This document shows, piece after piece, positions 9,520 to 18,295 of a stretch of DNA of 64,000 nt. The stretch is taken from positions 304,593 to 368,592 of the forward strand of contig QHWB01000030.1 of assembly GCA_003222395.1 (NCBI GenBank), written 5' to 3'. How positions within the stretch are numbered: the first letter of the stretch is position 1; every line of letters begins with the position of its first letter. The notes under the pieces were generated by a model. That model saw only the letters and a list, made by a program, of their open reading frames with translations. It ran no database searches and was not told where the DNA came from. The translations under genes and the position numbers were made by a program. Origin of the DNA: Acidobacteriota bacterium. Lineage in GTDB: Bacteria > Acidobacteriota > Vicinamibacteria > Vicinamibacterales > CAVVIG01.

Positions 9520-10953
9520 GTGCCGGATCGATCGCTCGGGCGTGCGCGCGATGCGGACGATGGACGTACTGGCGACGCGCGTCTACGACTTTTGGACGAT
9601 GCGTCCGCGGTCGAACTGCTCGATAATGGGACCGTGGAACCGGAAACGCCGTCGTGCGGACCGAAGGACGTCCCGCCGCAAGAGCTCTCATCGAACGATC
9701 CAGACGTGTTACGCGCCGCCCTCGTTCGCGAGCACGACGCGTATCGCCGCGCTGAGTGCCTCGCGAAGATGCAGACTGAAGTAGTTCAGCTGGCGCTCGA
9801 TCTCCTCGTGCGCGAACCGGACATCGAGAGCTTCTTCGGCGGTCTGACGCGGACCATGGTCGAGGAAAGCGATAGCCATGTCTGCGGCGTCTGGCTGATG
9901 GACGACGACGAGAAGCGGTGCGATTTGTGGATGGCGTACGTCGCGGACCGTCTCTATCTGCGGCGTCACGGCGGTCTCGACGGGCTCGCGTTTCCGCACG
10001 AGAGTCTCGGCAAACATCTGCTCGGCTACGCGCCGGGCTGGACCGAGACGATCGAGTACGAGTGCGACGACGCTCGACTGCCGGATGCCGTCCGCGAGTT
10101 TCATCGCGAGGGCGGCATCCACGGGATGGTGATCGCGCCACTCCTGCTCGGCACTCGCACGCTCGGCTGGATCAAGCTGTCGAGCCGCGGCATTCCGCCG
10201 TGCAAGGACGCCCAGTGGTGGCGCATCGAATTGATCGAGGCGATCGCCCGGCAGGCTGCGCTCGCGCTGCATCACAACCGGCTGGTCGAGCGGAGCCGCC
10301 TCGAGGAACGGCGCAAGGCGATTCTCGAAGAACGCAACCGCCTGGCGCGCGACATCCACGACAATCTCGCGCAGGGGTTTGGCGCGATCCTGATGCAGCT
10401 GCAGGCGGCGCAGCGGGAGATCGGCACGCCCTCGCTGCCGTTCGCGCAGAAGCTCGAGACGGCCGTCGACCTCGCGCGCACGCACATGATCGAAGCGCGG
10501 CGATCGGTGGGCACGCTGCGCCCGAACGTCGGCGACGGCGAGGAAATCTCGACGTCGCTCAAGCGCATCGCCGATCTCGCGCAGCTGACCACCAGCGTGC
10601 CGATCGACATCAACCTCGAAGCGCTCCCGCGCGTCGGCGACTCGGTCGAGCGCGAAATCGTCGGCATCGCGCAGGAAGCGCTGACCAACGCCGTGCGCCA
10701 CGCGCGCGCCCGCCGCATCAGCGTCCGCGCGTCGACGGTGCGCTCGATCGGCCTCCGGCTGTCGGTGGCCGACGACGGGCGGGGGTTCGCGCGCGACCGG
10801 AGCTCCGCCGGCTTCGGCATGACGAGCATGCAGGAGCGCGCTGAACGGATCGGCGCGTCGCTGACGATCGTCACCGCCCCGCGCGGCGGCACCGAAGTCG
10901 TCCTGGCCTGGGAACCATCGTCTCTTCCGACGCAGGTCCATGTTGCTGGCTGA
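9520..10953 (+). CDS. GAF-domain sensor histidine kinase (HisKA_3 / NarL-partner type)
   Basis: H-box ERNRLARDIHDNLAQ and HATPase_c motifs (EALTNAVRHA, ADDGRGF, GFGMTSMQERAERIG), with a GAF-like region upstream. The start (GTG 9520, longest ORF) is uncertain. Confidence 0.85.
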   Translation: MPDRSLGRARDADDGRTGDARLRLLDDASAVELLDNGTVEPETPSCGPKDVPPQELSSNDPDVLRAALVREHDAYRRAECLAKMQTEVVQLALDLLVREPDIESFFGGLTRTMVEESDSHVCGVWLMDDDEKRCDLWMAYVADRLYLRRHGGLDGLAFPHESLGKHLLGYAPGWTETIEYECDDARLPDAVREFHREGGIHGMVIAPLLLGTRTLGWIKLSSRGIPPCKDAQWWRIELIEAIARQAALALHHNRLVERSRLEERRKAILEERNRLARDIHDNLAQGFGAILMQLQAAQREIGTPSLPFAQKLETAVDLARTHMIEARRSVGTLRPNVGDGEEISTSLKRIADLAQLTTSVPIDINLEALPRVGDSVEREIVGIAQEALTNAVRHARARRISVRASTVRSIGLRLSVADDGRGFARDRSSAGFGMTSMQERAERIGASLTIVTAPRGGTEVVLAWEPSSLPTQVHVAG

Positions 10954-11596
10954 TGCGGGCGTTTCGATCGCCGCCGGCAAGGCGAGCGTGCTCGTCGTCG
11001 ACGATCACGCGCTGCTTCGCACCGGCGTCGCGAACATCATCAATCAGGAACCCGATCTGCAGGTCGTTGCCGAAGCCGGCAACGGCGTCGAAGCCGTCGC
11101 CGCGTACGAGCGCTATCACCCCGACGTGACGCTGCTCGATCTGCGCATGCCGGTCATGGAAGGCGTCGAGGCGGTGCGCCAGATCCGCGAGCGCGATCCG
11201 CGCGCGCGCGTCATCGTGCTGACGACCTACGACACCGACCACGAGATCGCGCGCGCCCTCAAGGCGGGCGCCAAGGCGTACGTGCTGAAGGACATCTCCG
11301 CCGACGATCTCATCAACTGCATTCACGATGTCCTCGCCGGCAAGACCTATCTCGCGCCGTCGGCGGCGGCAAAGCTCGCAGAAGGCGTCACGCGCGTGCA
11401 GCTCACGCCGAGAGAGATGGCGACGTTGAAGCTGATGGCCGACGGCAGAGCGAACAAGGAAATCGCCACCGAGCTCTCGATCAGCGAGCGCACGGTCAAG
11501 ACGCACCTCGGACATCTCTTCGAGAAGCTCGGCGTCACCAGCCGCACCGAGGCGATCAAGGTCGCCATGCGCCGCGGCCTCGTCCGGATCGAATAA
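10940..11596 (+). CDS. Response regulator, NarL/LuxR family (REC + HTH_LuxR)
   Basis: VLVVDDHALLRTG...DVTLLDLRMPVMEG and the LuxR HTH LTPREMATLKLMADGRANKEIATELSISERTVKTHLGHLFEKLGV. It overlaps the kinase gene by 14 nt. Confidence 0.93.
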   Translation: MLLADAGVSIAAGKASVLVVDDHALLRTGVANIINQEPDLQVVAEAGNGVEAVAAYERYHPDVTLLDLRMPVMEGVEAVRQIRERDPRARVIVLTTYDTDHEIARALKAGAKAYVLKDISADDLINCIHDVLAGKTYLAPSAAAKLAEGVTRVQLTPREMATLKLMADGRANKEIATELSISERTVKTHLGHLFEKLGVTSRTEAIKVAMRRGLVRIE

Positions 11597-13054
11597 TTGG
11601 ACAGTCTCGTCTCGACTTTCGCGACGGCCGATCGGCTGGCGCTCGCGGTTCGCACGAAGCAGATTTCCGCGGCCGAACTGCTCGAGCTGACGTTTCAGCG
11701 GATCGATCGCATCAATCCAACGCTCAACGCCATCGTCTGGGAATCTCGCGAAGAGGCGAAGACCCGCGCAAGGCGGGCCGATGACGCGCTCGCGAAAGGA
11801 CACGCCGTCGGTGCGCTCCACGGCGTGCCTGTGACGATCAAGGAGTCGTTCGCCTATCGGGGATCCCCGAATACCTGGGGACTGCCGGCGCTGAAGGACG
11901 GAAGGAGTCCGCGAACCGCCACCGCGGTCGAGCGTTTGGAATCGGCAGGCGCAATCACCATCGGCAAGACAAACGTCCCGGTCTTGCTCGGAGACTGGCA
12001 AAGCTATAACCCCGTCTATGGAACGACGAACAATCCCTGGGACGTAACGCGAACCGCCGGCGGATCGACCGGCGGCGGCGCGGCGGCGGTCGCTGCAGGC
12101 CTCGGGGCACTCACGATCGGCAGCGATCTCAACGGCTCCATCCGCATTCCGGCGCACTTCTGCGGGGTATACGGTCACAAGCCGTCGCTCGAATTGATCG
12201 GCACGGCGGGATTTCAGCCCGGTCCCTGGGACGGTTCTCCTGGGTATCCGATGGATCTGTCCGTTGTCGGGCCGATGGCTCGCAGCGCGCGCGATCTCAC
12301 GCTCGCGCTGACCGTGCTCGGTGGGCCGAGCGCCGATGAAGCGAAGGCTTGGACGTGGCGGATGCCCGCGCCGCGTCATACACGGCTCAGCGAGTTTCGA
12401 ATCGGCTACGTCTTCGACGATGATCTCGCGCCGCTCGCATCCGATATCCGCGCGCTCTGCGAGCAGACGCTTTCAGCGTTCCGCAAAGCGGGGGCGACGA
12501 TCGAACAGGGATGGCCCGAAGGCATCGATCCGCACGCGCAGATGAGCACGTTCGGGTTCCTGTTGGGCGCGCTCCTCACGGCGGACATGGATCGCGCCGG
12601 GCGCGAACGAGCGCGCGAGCGCTTCGAGCGCAATCCCAACGACGTGTTCGCCGCCGCGGCCGTGGAGCCGCACGCGCGCTGGCTGCGCGAGACACAGCGA
12701 AGGCTGACGTGTCGCGCGCGCTGGCAGCGGTACTTCCAGACGCACGACGTCTTTCTGCTGCCGGTGACGGTGACGGCCGCCTTTCCTCACGATCATCGCG
12801 AGCCGATCGACACGCGCGTGATTGAGACCGACGCCGGCTCGCGGCCGTACGTGCAGGCGATTCCGTATTGGAGCGCGTCCGCGACGCTGGCCGGCCTGCC
12901 GGCCACCGTCGCGCCGATCGGCCATACCACGGCAGGACTGCCAGTGGGGATCCAGATCATCGCGCCGATGTGGGAAGACCGAACCTCGATCGAGCTCGCC
13001 GACCTGCTGTCAGGTTCGATCGGCGGATACGCGCCGCCGCCGGAAGCGGCGTAA
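11597..13054 (+). CDS. Amidase (amidase-signature family)
   Basis: AS-signature GGSTGGGAAAVAAG plus GVPVTIKESF. 485 aa. The TTG start lies immediately after the regulator's stop codon. Confidence 0.88.
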   Translation: MDSLVSTFATADRLALAVRTKQISAAELLELTFQRIDRINPTLNAIVWESREEAKTRARRADDALAKGHAVGALHGVPVTIKESFAYRGSPNTWGLPALKDGRSPRTATAVERLESAGAITIGKTNVPVLLGDWQSYNPVYGTTNNPWDVTRTAGGSTGGGAAAVAAGLGALTIGSDLNGSIRIPAHFCGVYGHKPSLELIGTAGFQPGPWDGSPGYPMDLSVVGPMARSARDLTLALTVLGGPSADEAKAWTWRMPAPRHTRLSEFRIGYVFDDDLAPLASDIRALCEQTLSAFRKAGATIEQGWPEGIDPHAQMSTFGFLLGALLTADMDRAGRERARERFERNPNDVFAAAAVEPHARWLRETQRRLTCRARWQRYFQTHDVFLLPVTVTAAFPHDHREPIDTRVIETDAGSRPYVQAIPYWSASATLAGLPATVAPIGHTTAGLPVGIQIIAPMWEDRTSIELADLLSGSIGGYAPPPEAA

Positions 13055-13098
13055 CCTCATAAGGTTGCTTGATTTTTTCAAGTTCAGCGAACGACTGG

Positions 13099-13473
13099 CT
13101 AAACGGAGACGGAGGCCTCGCGTCGCGCCAGGAACGGATTCTCGTCTGCGCTCGGACCATAAATCGACGGCACCTGCGCGCCGACCTGGCGGAGATACAC
13201 GGACAGCTGACCGCGGTGGTGATACCAGTGATTGAGCATGATCGACCGCAGCAGCCCGCCAACCGGAAGCGCGAACACTTCGCGGTCACCATCGACCGCC
13301 TTCCACGTCTTCGCCAACGCCGCATCGTCCATGGTACGGAGCATGTCGCGGGCTTTGCCGATGCCTTGCTCGAAGGCGGTCAGAACCTCGGCGCTGCTCG
13401 TCGCGCCCCGCTGCGTGAACTGCGGAAGCTGAAACGGCGACTGTCGCGAGATTTCCGCGATGGCGCCCGGCAA
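13099..13473 (-). CDS. DinB-family protein, apparently N-terminally truncated (possible pseudogene)
   Basis: The C-terminal two thirds of a DinB four-helix bundle are clear: ...LPGAIAEISRQSPFQ...LRSIMLNHWYHHRGQLSVYLRQVGAQVPSIYGPSADE. The first ~45 aa, including the first metal-binding His helix, have no counterpart. The upstream part of listed ORF 13099..13764 is non-DinB-like and overlaps a plus-strand gene. The only plausible start is TTG 13473. Confidence 0.5.
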   Translation of the reverse strand: MPGAIAEISRQSPFQLPQFTQRGATSSAEVLTAFEQGIGKARDMLRTMDDAALAKTWKAVDGDREVFALPVGGLLRSIMLNHWYHHRGQLSVYLRQVGAQVPSIYGPSADENPFLARREASVSV

Positions 13474-13488
13474 TGATCCGGAGCATCT

Positions 13489-13737
13489 ATGAGTGAGCCT
13501 CCAATCGTTTGCACGTTGCAGCCTGGTGAACTCAATACGCGGACCGCTCAACTGCTTCCGGGGCTGGCCCGCGCTGCCACCAGTGTGGTCGCGATCGCAG
13601 ACGGCTATCGATTCGAATTCGAGGCAAGCTCTGCGATCCTGAACGCAATCGCCGCGGCGATCGACGCTGAACGCCGATGTTGTCGGTTCCTTCGCTTCCG
13701 ACTGACGGTGGAGCCGGACGGCGGACCCGTGACATAG
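13489..13737 (+). CDS. Small Cys-containing hypothetical protein (N-terminal CTL, internal ERRCCRFLRF motif), ends at an in-frame TAG
   Basis: MSEPPIVCTLQPGELNTRTAQLL...AAIDAERRCCRFLRFRLTVEPDGGPVT. From memory, the pattern resembles a small conserved CC-motif family often found near ArsR/MerR-type genes. Local GC is visibly lower than in the neighbours. Confidence 0.5.
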   Translation: MSEPPIVCTLQPGELNTRTAQLLPGLARAATSVVAIADGYRFEFEASSAILNAIAAAIDAERRCCRFLRFRLTVEPDGGPVT

Positions 13738-13878
13738 GAGGTGTGCGGCCCGGCGGGTTCGCATGAATTCCTCACCGCGATGATCCAGAACGCGTGACAG
13801 CGCTCCCCTCGCTTGGTTTGGATTCGTTGTGGTGGACGTCGTCCGTGCGGCGGAGGATTGAACGGAAGACGAGTGGCG

Positions 13879-16698
13879 TCAGACGGCGATTTGCTCCGTC
13901 GGCTCGAAGACTCGCGACGGCGAATAGCAATCGATGTCGTGGGCGTCGCTTTGCTGGATTGGCTTCGGGCCGAGCGGCTGGCCCGCCGCGAGCAACTGCT
14001 CGGCGGCGCGACTCGAAAGCGGACGCGAGAACAGGTACCCCTGAGCATGCGTACATCCAAGGCGCACCAGCTCACGCGCCTGGTCGTCGCTCTCGATCCC
14101 TTCCGCGACCACACTGGTGTTGAGCGTGCGCGCCAGCGCCAGGATGCTCTCGACGATGGCCGGACGGTCGGACCCCAGCGCCAGAGTTCTGACGAACGAT
14201 CGATCGATCTTGAGCGCATCGACGGGAAGCTTGTGCAGGTGACTGAGCGACGAGTAGCCCGTGCCGAAGTCGTCGAGATAAATTTTCACGCCGAATTCGC
14301 GTAGCTCGTTCAACAGCTTCGCCGCAGACGCGGGACTGTCCATGAGGGCCGTCTCCGTGATTTCGAGACGGAGGTCGCACGGCTTCAATCGCGCGGCCTG
14401 GACGGCCTGCTCCACGATGAGCATGAAGTTCTGCTGCATCAGTTGCCGGCTCGAGACGTTGACGGTGATGTAGTCGACCGGAAACTGCCGCTGCCATTCG
14501 GCAAACGTCCGGCAGGCCTGCTGCAGGACCCACGTGCCGAGCGGCTCGATGAGCCCCAGCTCTTCGGCAATCGGAATGAACGTCGCCGGCGAGACCGACT
14601 CGCCGTTGCGCGTCCATCTGACCAGCGATTCGAATCCGACGCACATCCGCGACGACAGGAGCACGATCGGCTGGTAGTGCACCTCGAAGTCGTTGCTGTC
14701 GATCGCGTGCCGCAGGTCGTTTTCGAGGCCGAGCCGATCGCGCGTCCGCGCGTGCATGTCGGCATCGAACAGCTCGTGGCGTGCCTTGCCGCGCGACTTC
14801 GCCTGGTACATCGCGGTATCGGCGTCGCGCATGATCTCGTCCGGGTTGTCGTAGTGAGCGAGACCGAACGCAATCCCGATGCTGGCCGAGGTGAAGACTT
14901 CCCGACCGCCGATCGACACCGGATCGCTGAGCGCCTTCTGAATCCGGAATGCCACGGCGTTCGCCTGCTGCGGGTCGCCGATCGCATTCAGCAGGATGGC
15001 GAACTCGTCGCCGCCGAGCCGCGCGAGCACGTCTCCCTGCCGCAGGCATGACTCCAGCCGCCGCGACACCGCGGTCAGCAATTCGTCGCCCACCATGTGG
15101 CCGAGGCTGTCGTTGACCACCTTGAAGCGATCGAGATCGAGATACAGCGCCGCGAACCCGTTGCCGCCCTTCTGGCGCTTGAACTCGGCGAGCCGCTGTC
15201 CGAGCCGCTCCACGAACACCGCGCGGTTGCACAGCCCGGTGAGAGGATCGCGGAAGCCGGCGTTGCGCAGCTGCTCCTGAGCCGTTGACTGCTCGGTCGT
15301 GTCGGTAAGCGATCCCGCGATTCTGGCCGTCTTCTGTGTGGCGCCTCGCGCGGCGACGCCGCGGCACAGGAATCGCCGGTAGGTGCCGTCCTCGTGGCGG
15401 ATCCGATGCTCGTGGTGAAAGTGATCGGTGGTTCCGCCGAGATGCGCTTCGAGTGCCTCGCGGAGCGGAGCGACGTCTTCGGCATGAACGCGGCCCAGCC
15501 ATTCCTCGGGGCGCCCGATGCCGGCGGTCGCCGGCAGGCCGATCATCGCCTTCCAGCGGCCCGATGCGTAGAACGCCTGCGTTCGAAGATCCCACTCCCA
15601 CAATCCGTCGTTCGCGCCTTCCGCCGCGAGCGTCAGCCGTTCTTCGCTTCGTTTCAGTGCCTGTTCGGCGTGCAATCGATCCGTCGTGTCGTGCCACAAG
15701 AGCGTCACGCCGTCAGCAACTGGAAGGATCTTCACCTCCAGAATTCGCGCGGCCGACGCCGAAGGCAGTCCAAGATGCGTGAGCGTTCGAGGACTCCTGC
15801 TCGTCACCGCCTCCTGGACGGCTTTCGGGAGAGGAGTCTGATTGAGCGAAGGGATCGCGCCGGCGAGTGGACGGCCGAGCGCTCGATCGCGCGGACACCC
15901 TGTGATCCGTTCCAGAGCGTCGTTCCAGAGCGTCACCCGGCCCAAGCTGTCGAGGACCGACATGCCCTGATTGACCGATTCGAGGACTTCACGGCGGCGG
16001 TACTCGTGCTCGAGGCGGTTGACGTCGCCGCAGTACGCGCGATAGGCGCAGTAGAGCGGCACGGCGACGACCGGCAACAGCTCCCACATGCGGTGGTCGA
16101 GGATTTCGATCAGCCCGACGGCGACGCCGGCGCCGATGAAATAATTCGGAGCGTTCACGAGCAGAGCCTTCGGCCACGCTCGATTGATCGCCGACTTGTT
16201 CACGAGCGGCGCAATCACTTCGGCCGAGATGCTCTTCACGAAGCAGTACGAGACGAGGGCCGCCGCGATCGGGACGGCCTGCCACGGCCATGTGAAATGG
16301 CCGGCCACGCCGCCGAGAGCGACGACGGTCAACGACGCCGCTTCGATCGCGATCATGATGCTGCCGGCGTTGACCAACAGTCTGCGTAATGGACGCGCGC
16401 CGTCCGGATCGGCGAGGCACCGCGTCATGATGCCGGCCGCCGCGACGAACAGCGCCGCGTTGCCGCCGAGGAGCAGCAGCGCGGTGAAATCGACGACGAA
16501 GGGCGGCGTCATCATCCCGCGGTCCTCCGCCGTCGACCGCGGGATCGCGAAGGCCGACGTCAGAATCGCCGCGAGGATCACGGCGCAGAATTCACGAGTC
16601 CGATCGGGCTGCGGCCAGCCGATCGATCCGAGCAGAACGGCTGCTCCGATCAGGATCGCGGCAACGACGAGCAGACGGAAGAACTTGGGCAACGTCAT
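13879..16698 (-). CDS. Membrane-anchored PAS/PAC - GGDEF - EAL signalling protein (c-di-GMP turnover)
   Basis: The N-terminal ~230 aa are multi-TM, followed by two PAS-like segments. GGDEF motif RLGGDEFAILL. EAL-domain motifs ESLVRW, EITETALM, DDFGTGYSSLSHL and KIDRSFV. Confidence 0.93.
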   Translation of the reverse strand: MTLPKFFRLLVVAAILIGAAVLLGSIGWPQPDRTREFCAVILAAILTSAFAIPRSTAEDRGMMTPPFVVDFTALLLLGGNAALFVAAAGIMTRCLADPDGARPLRRLLVNAGSIMIAIEAASLTVVALGGVAGHFTWPWQAVPIAAALVSYCFVKSISAEVIAPLVNKSAINRAWPKALLVNAPNYFIGAGVAVGLIEILDHRMWELLPVVAVPLYCAYRAYCGDVNRLEHEYRRREVLESVNQGMSVLDSLGRVTLWNDALERITGCPRDRALGRPLAGAIPSLNQTPLPKAVQEAVTSRSPRTLTHLGLPSASAARILEVKILPVADGVTLLWHDTTDRLHAEQALKRSEERLTLAAEGANDGLWEWDLRTQAFYASGRWKAMIGLPATAGIGRPEEWLGRVHAEDVAPLREALEAHLGGTTDHFHHEHRIRHEDGTYRRFLCRGVAARGATQKTARIAGSLTDTTEQSTAQEQLRNAGFRDPLTGLCNRAVFVERLGQRLAEFKRQKGGNGFAALYLDLDRFKVVNDSLGHMVGDELLTAVSRRLESCLRQGDVLARLGGDEFAILLNAIGDPQQANAVAFRIQKALSDPVSIGGREVFTSASIGIAFGLAHYDNPDEIMRDADTAMYQAKSRGKARHELFDADMHARTRDRLGLENDLRHAIDSNDFEVHYQPIVLLSSRMCVGFESLVRWTRNGESVSPATFIPIAEELGLIEPLGTWVLQQACRTFAEWQRQFPVDYITVNVSSRQLMQQNFMLIVEQAVQAARLKPCDLRLEITETALMDSPASAAKLLNELREFGVKIYLDDFGTGYSSLSHLHKLPVDALKIDRSFVRTLALGSDRPAIVESILALARTLNTSVVAEGIESDDQARELVRLGCTHAQGYLFSRPLSSRAAEQLLAAGQPLGPKPIQQSDAHDIDCYSPSRVFEPTEQIAV

Positions 16699-16977
16699 TC
16701 AGGAGTCCTCGGCGTGGCCTTGGACAGATCGATTCACCACCGGAAGAGCAATGCCAGGACCAGCTTCCCGATCCGCCATAAGTCTTCGATGGCTGGCGCG
16801 TTAGGAGGATTCGCTTGATCGCGGTGCTGCCGCTCCAGTGTCCCGGATCGGCACACGCGTGATCGATAAATCGACGTGAAGGGGTCGGTCCGTGTCGCAC
16901 TGAGTCAGCCAGCGCGATCCTCGCTGACCGTTTCTGCGCGGCTCGGGACTCTCTGCGTCTCGCGCAGTTCTTCGATG

Positions 16978-17916
16978 CTATGTCAGCCGCACTGATTCCC
17001 CGAAGCGGAGCGTGCGGAACCGGGACGGAGGAATGTTGTTCGTGCGGCACGCGTTCTCGAGCGCGTGCAACGGTTCGTCGATGCCCTCGGTCGTCAATTG
17101 GAACGTGCCGAAATGCATCCCCACGCTCTCGGACGCCTCGAGATCGAGGTGCGCCTGCACCGCCTCCGCCGGATTCATGTGAACGACGCGCATGAACCAG
17201 CGCGGCTCGTACGCGCCGATGGGGAGAAGCGCCAGGTCGATTGGACCGAGCCGCTGCCGGATGTCGCGGAAGAAGGGTCCATACGCGCTGTCGCCGGCGA
17301 ACAGGATGCGCGCGCCGGGCGGCGCGAGCATGAATCCACCCCACAGCGCACGGTTTCGATCCAGCGGAGTCCGCGCGGAGAAGTGCTGCGCCGGCGTCAG
17401 CGTGATCGGCAGCGCGGAGCTCTTCGAGTCCTGCCACCAGTCGAGCTCCTCGACTCGGCGGATGCCGGCCGACCGCACGAGCGCAGCGTTGCCCAGAGGC
17501 GTCACGACGATCGGATCGAACCGCTTCGCGAGCATGCCGAGCGTATGGCGATCGCAATGATCGTAATGGTTATGACTCAGCAACACGGTCGAGATCGGCG
17601 GCAAGTCGTCGAACCGCACGGCGGGCTGCCGCACGCGCCGCGGTCCGAACACGTTCAGCGGACCTGCGCGCTCGGAATACATCGGGTCGGTCAGGATATT
17701 TCCTGCGGCCGTTTGAATCAGAAACGTCGCGTGACCGATGAAGGTGACGACGGCCGCCGCGCCATCGAGCGCCGGCGGCCGCTGCGGCGGTTCATCGATC
17801 TGTGGCGGCCACGGTGTTCGCGCCTCGAGGAGCATCCGGGGAACGGCCGTGAACGGCTGGCCGGCCGTGCCTGTGGGGTTCACGAATCTTCGGCCATCGA
17901 AGTGATCGCTCTTCAT
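16978..17916 (-). CDS. MBL-fold metallo-hydrolase (NAPE-PLD-like)
   Basis: HxHxDH motif LLSHNHYDHCD. The family-typical N-terminus is MKSDHFDGRRFVNP. I chose ATG 17916 (GGAG 10 nt upstream) over the longer GTG 17973 in the track. Confidence 0.85.
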   Translation of the reverse strand: MKSDHFDGRRFVNPTGTAGQPFTAVPRMLLEARTPWPPQIDEPPQRPPALDGAAAVVTFIGHATFLIQTAAGNILTDPMYSERAGPLNVFGPRRVRQPAVRFDDLPPISTVLLSHNHYDHCDRHTLGMLAKRFDPIVVTPLGNAALVRSAGIRRVEELDWWQDSKSSALPITLTPAQHFSARTPLDRNRALWGGFMLAPPGARILFAGDSAYGPFFRDIRQRLGPIDLALLPIGAYEPRWFMRVVHMNPAEAVQAHLDLEASESVGMHFGTFQLTTEGIDEPLHALENACRTNNIPPSRFRTLRFGESVRLT

Positions 17917-17976
17917 CTCACATGGGCTCCGCCCCACACCGGGGTCCCCAACGCGTCCGCGAATTGTCGTCACAAC

Positions 17977-18168
17977 TCAGAAGAGCAGATCGGCCTCCGG
18001 CCGGCCGGCACGGAGCGTGGCGATGCAGCCGTGAGTGGCCCGGAAGAACTCGCGCGTGTCGCGCAGCCCATGACGGAGCGCCTTGTGCGGCTCGCGGACG
18101 TCTGTCAAATGACCGGACAGGCCGTCGATGAACTTGAGCGCCGCGAGTTCCCGCTCGAGCGGCAGCAT
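17977..18168 (-). CDS. Hypothetical 63-aa ORF (possibly a gene fragment)
   Basis: MLPLERELAALKFIDGLSGHLTDVREPHKALRHGLRDTREFFRATHGCIATLRAGRPEADLLF. The composition is protein-like and resembles the start of a GAF-type domain. It has no recognisable RBS and is too short to be a full domain. Confidence 0.25.
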   Translation of the reverse strand: MLPLERELAALKFIDGLSGHLTDVREPHKALRHGLRDTREFFRATHGCIATLRAGRPEADLLF

Positions 18169-18295
18169 GGCGCTTCAGGATGGTTCTCGAACCTTCCCGG
18201 GGTCAAGTAGCGTACACTCCTCGCCGCGGATCCCATCTTCGGTGACGCGACCTCCTGGATCGACATGAAAAGACGCTCGGAAGCGGAGGGAGCTG

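Noticed and set aside
9509-9528. Sigma-54-like sequence on the minus strand (CCGGCACCTGCCTGATTGC) upstream of the RND operon.
   Set aside because: The GG-to-GC spacing is 3 nt too long for a -24/-12 promoter, and the T of TGGCAC is missing. It is probably a chance match.
13068-13082. CTTGA-TTTTT-TCAAG hairpin between the convergent amidase and DinB genes, considered as a bidirectional terminator.
   Set aside because: A 5-bp AT-rich stem is too weak to call an intrinsic terminator without folding energies.
17971-17979. The 63-aa ORF (17977..18168) and the MBL ORF are in the same frame, separated only by TGA plus one codon. This raised the possibility of selenocysteine or readthrough fusion.
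   Set aside because: There is a 1-in-3 chance of a shared frame. No SECIS-like hairpin is evident downstream of the TGA. The MBL family N-terminus clearly begins at MKSDHFDGRRF with its own GGAG. A GAF-like fragment fused to this hydrolase has no precedent that I know.
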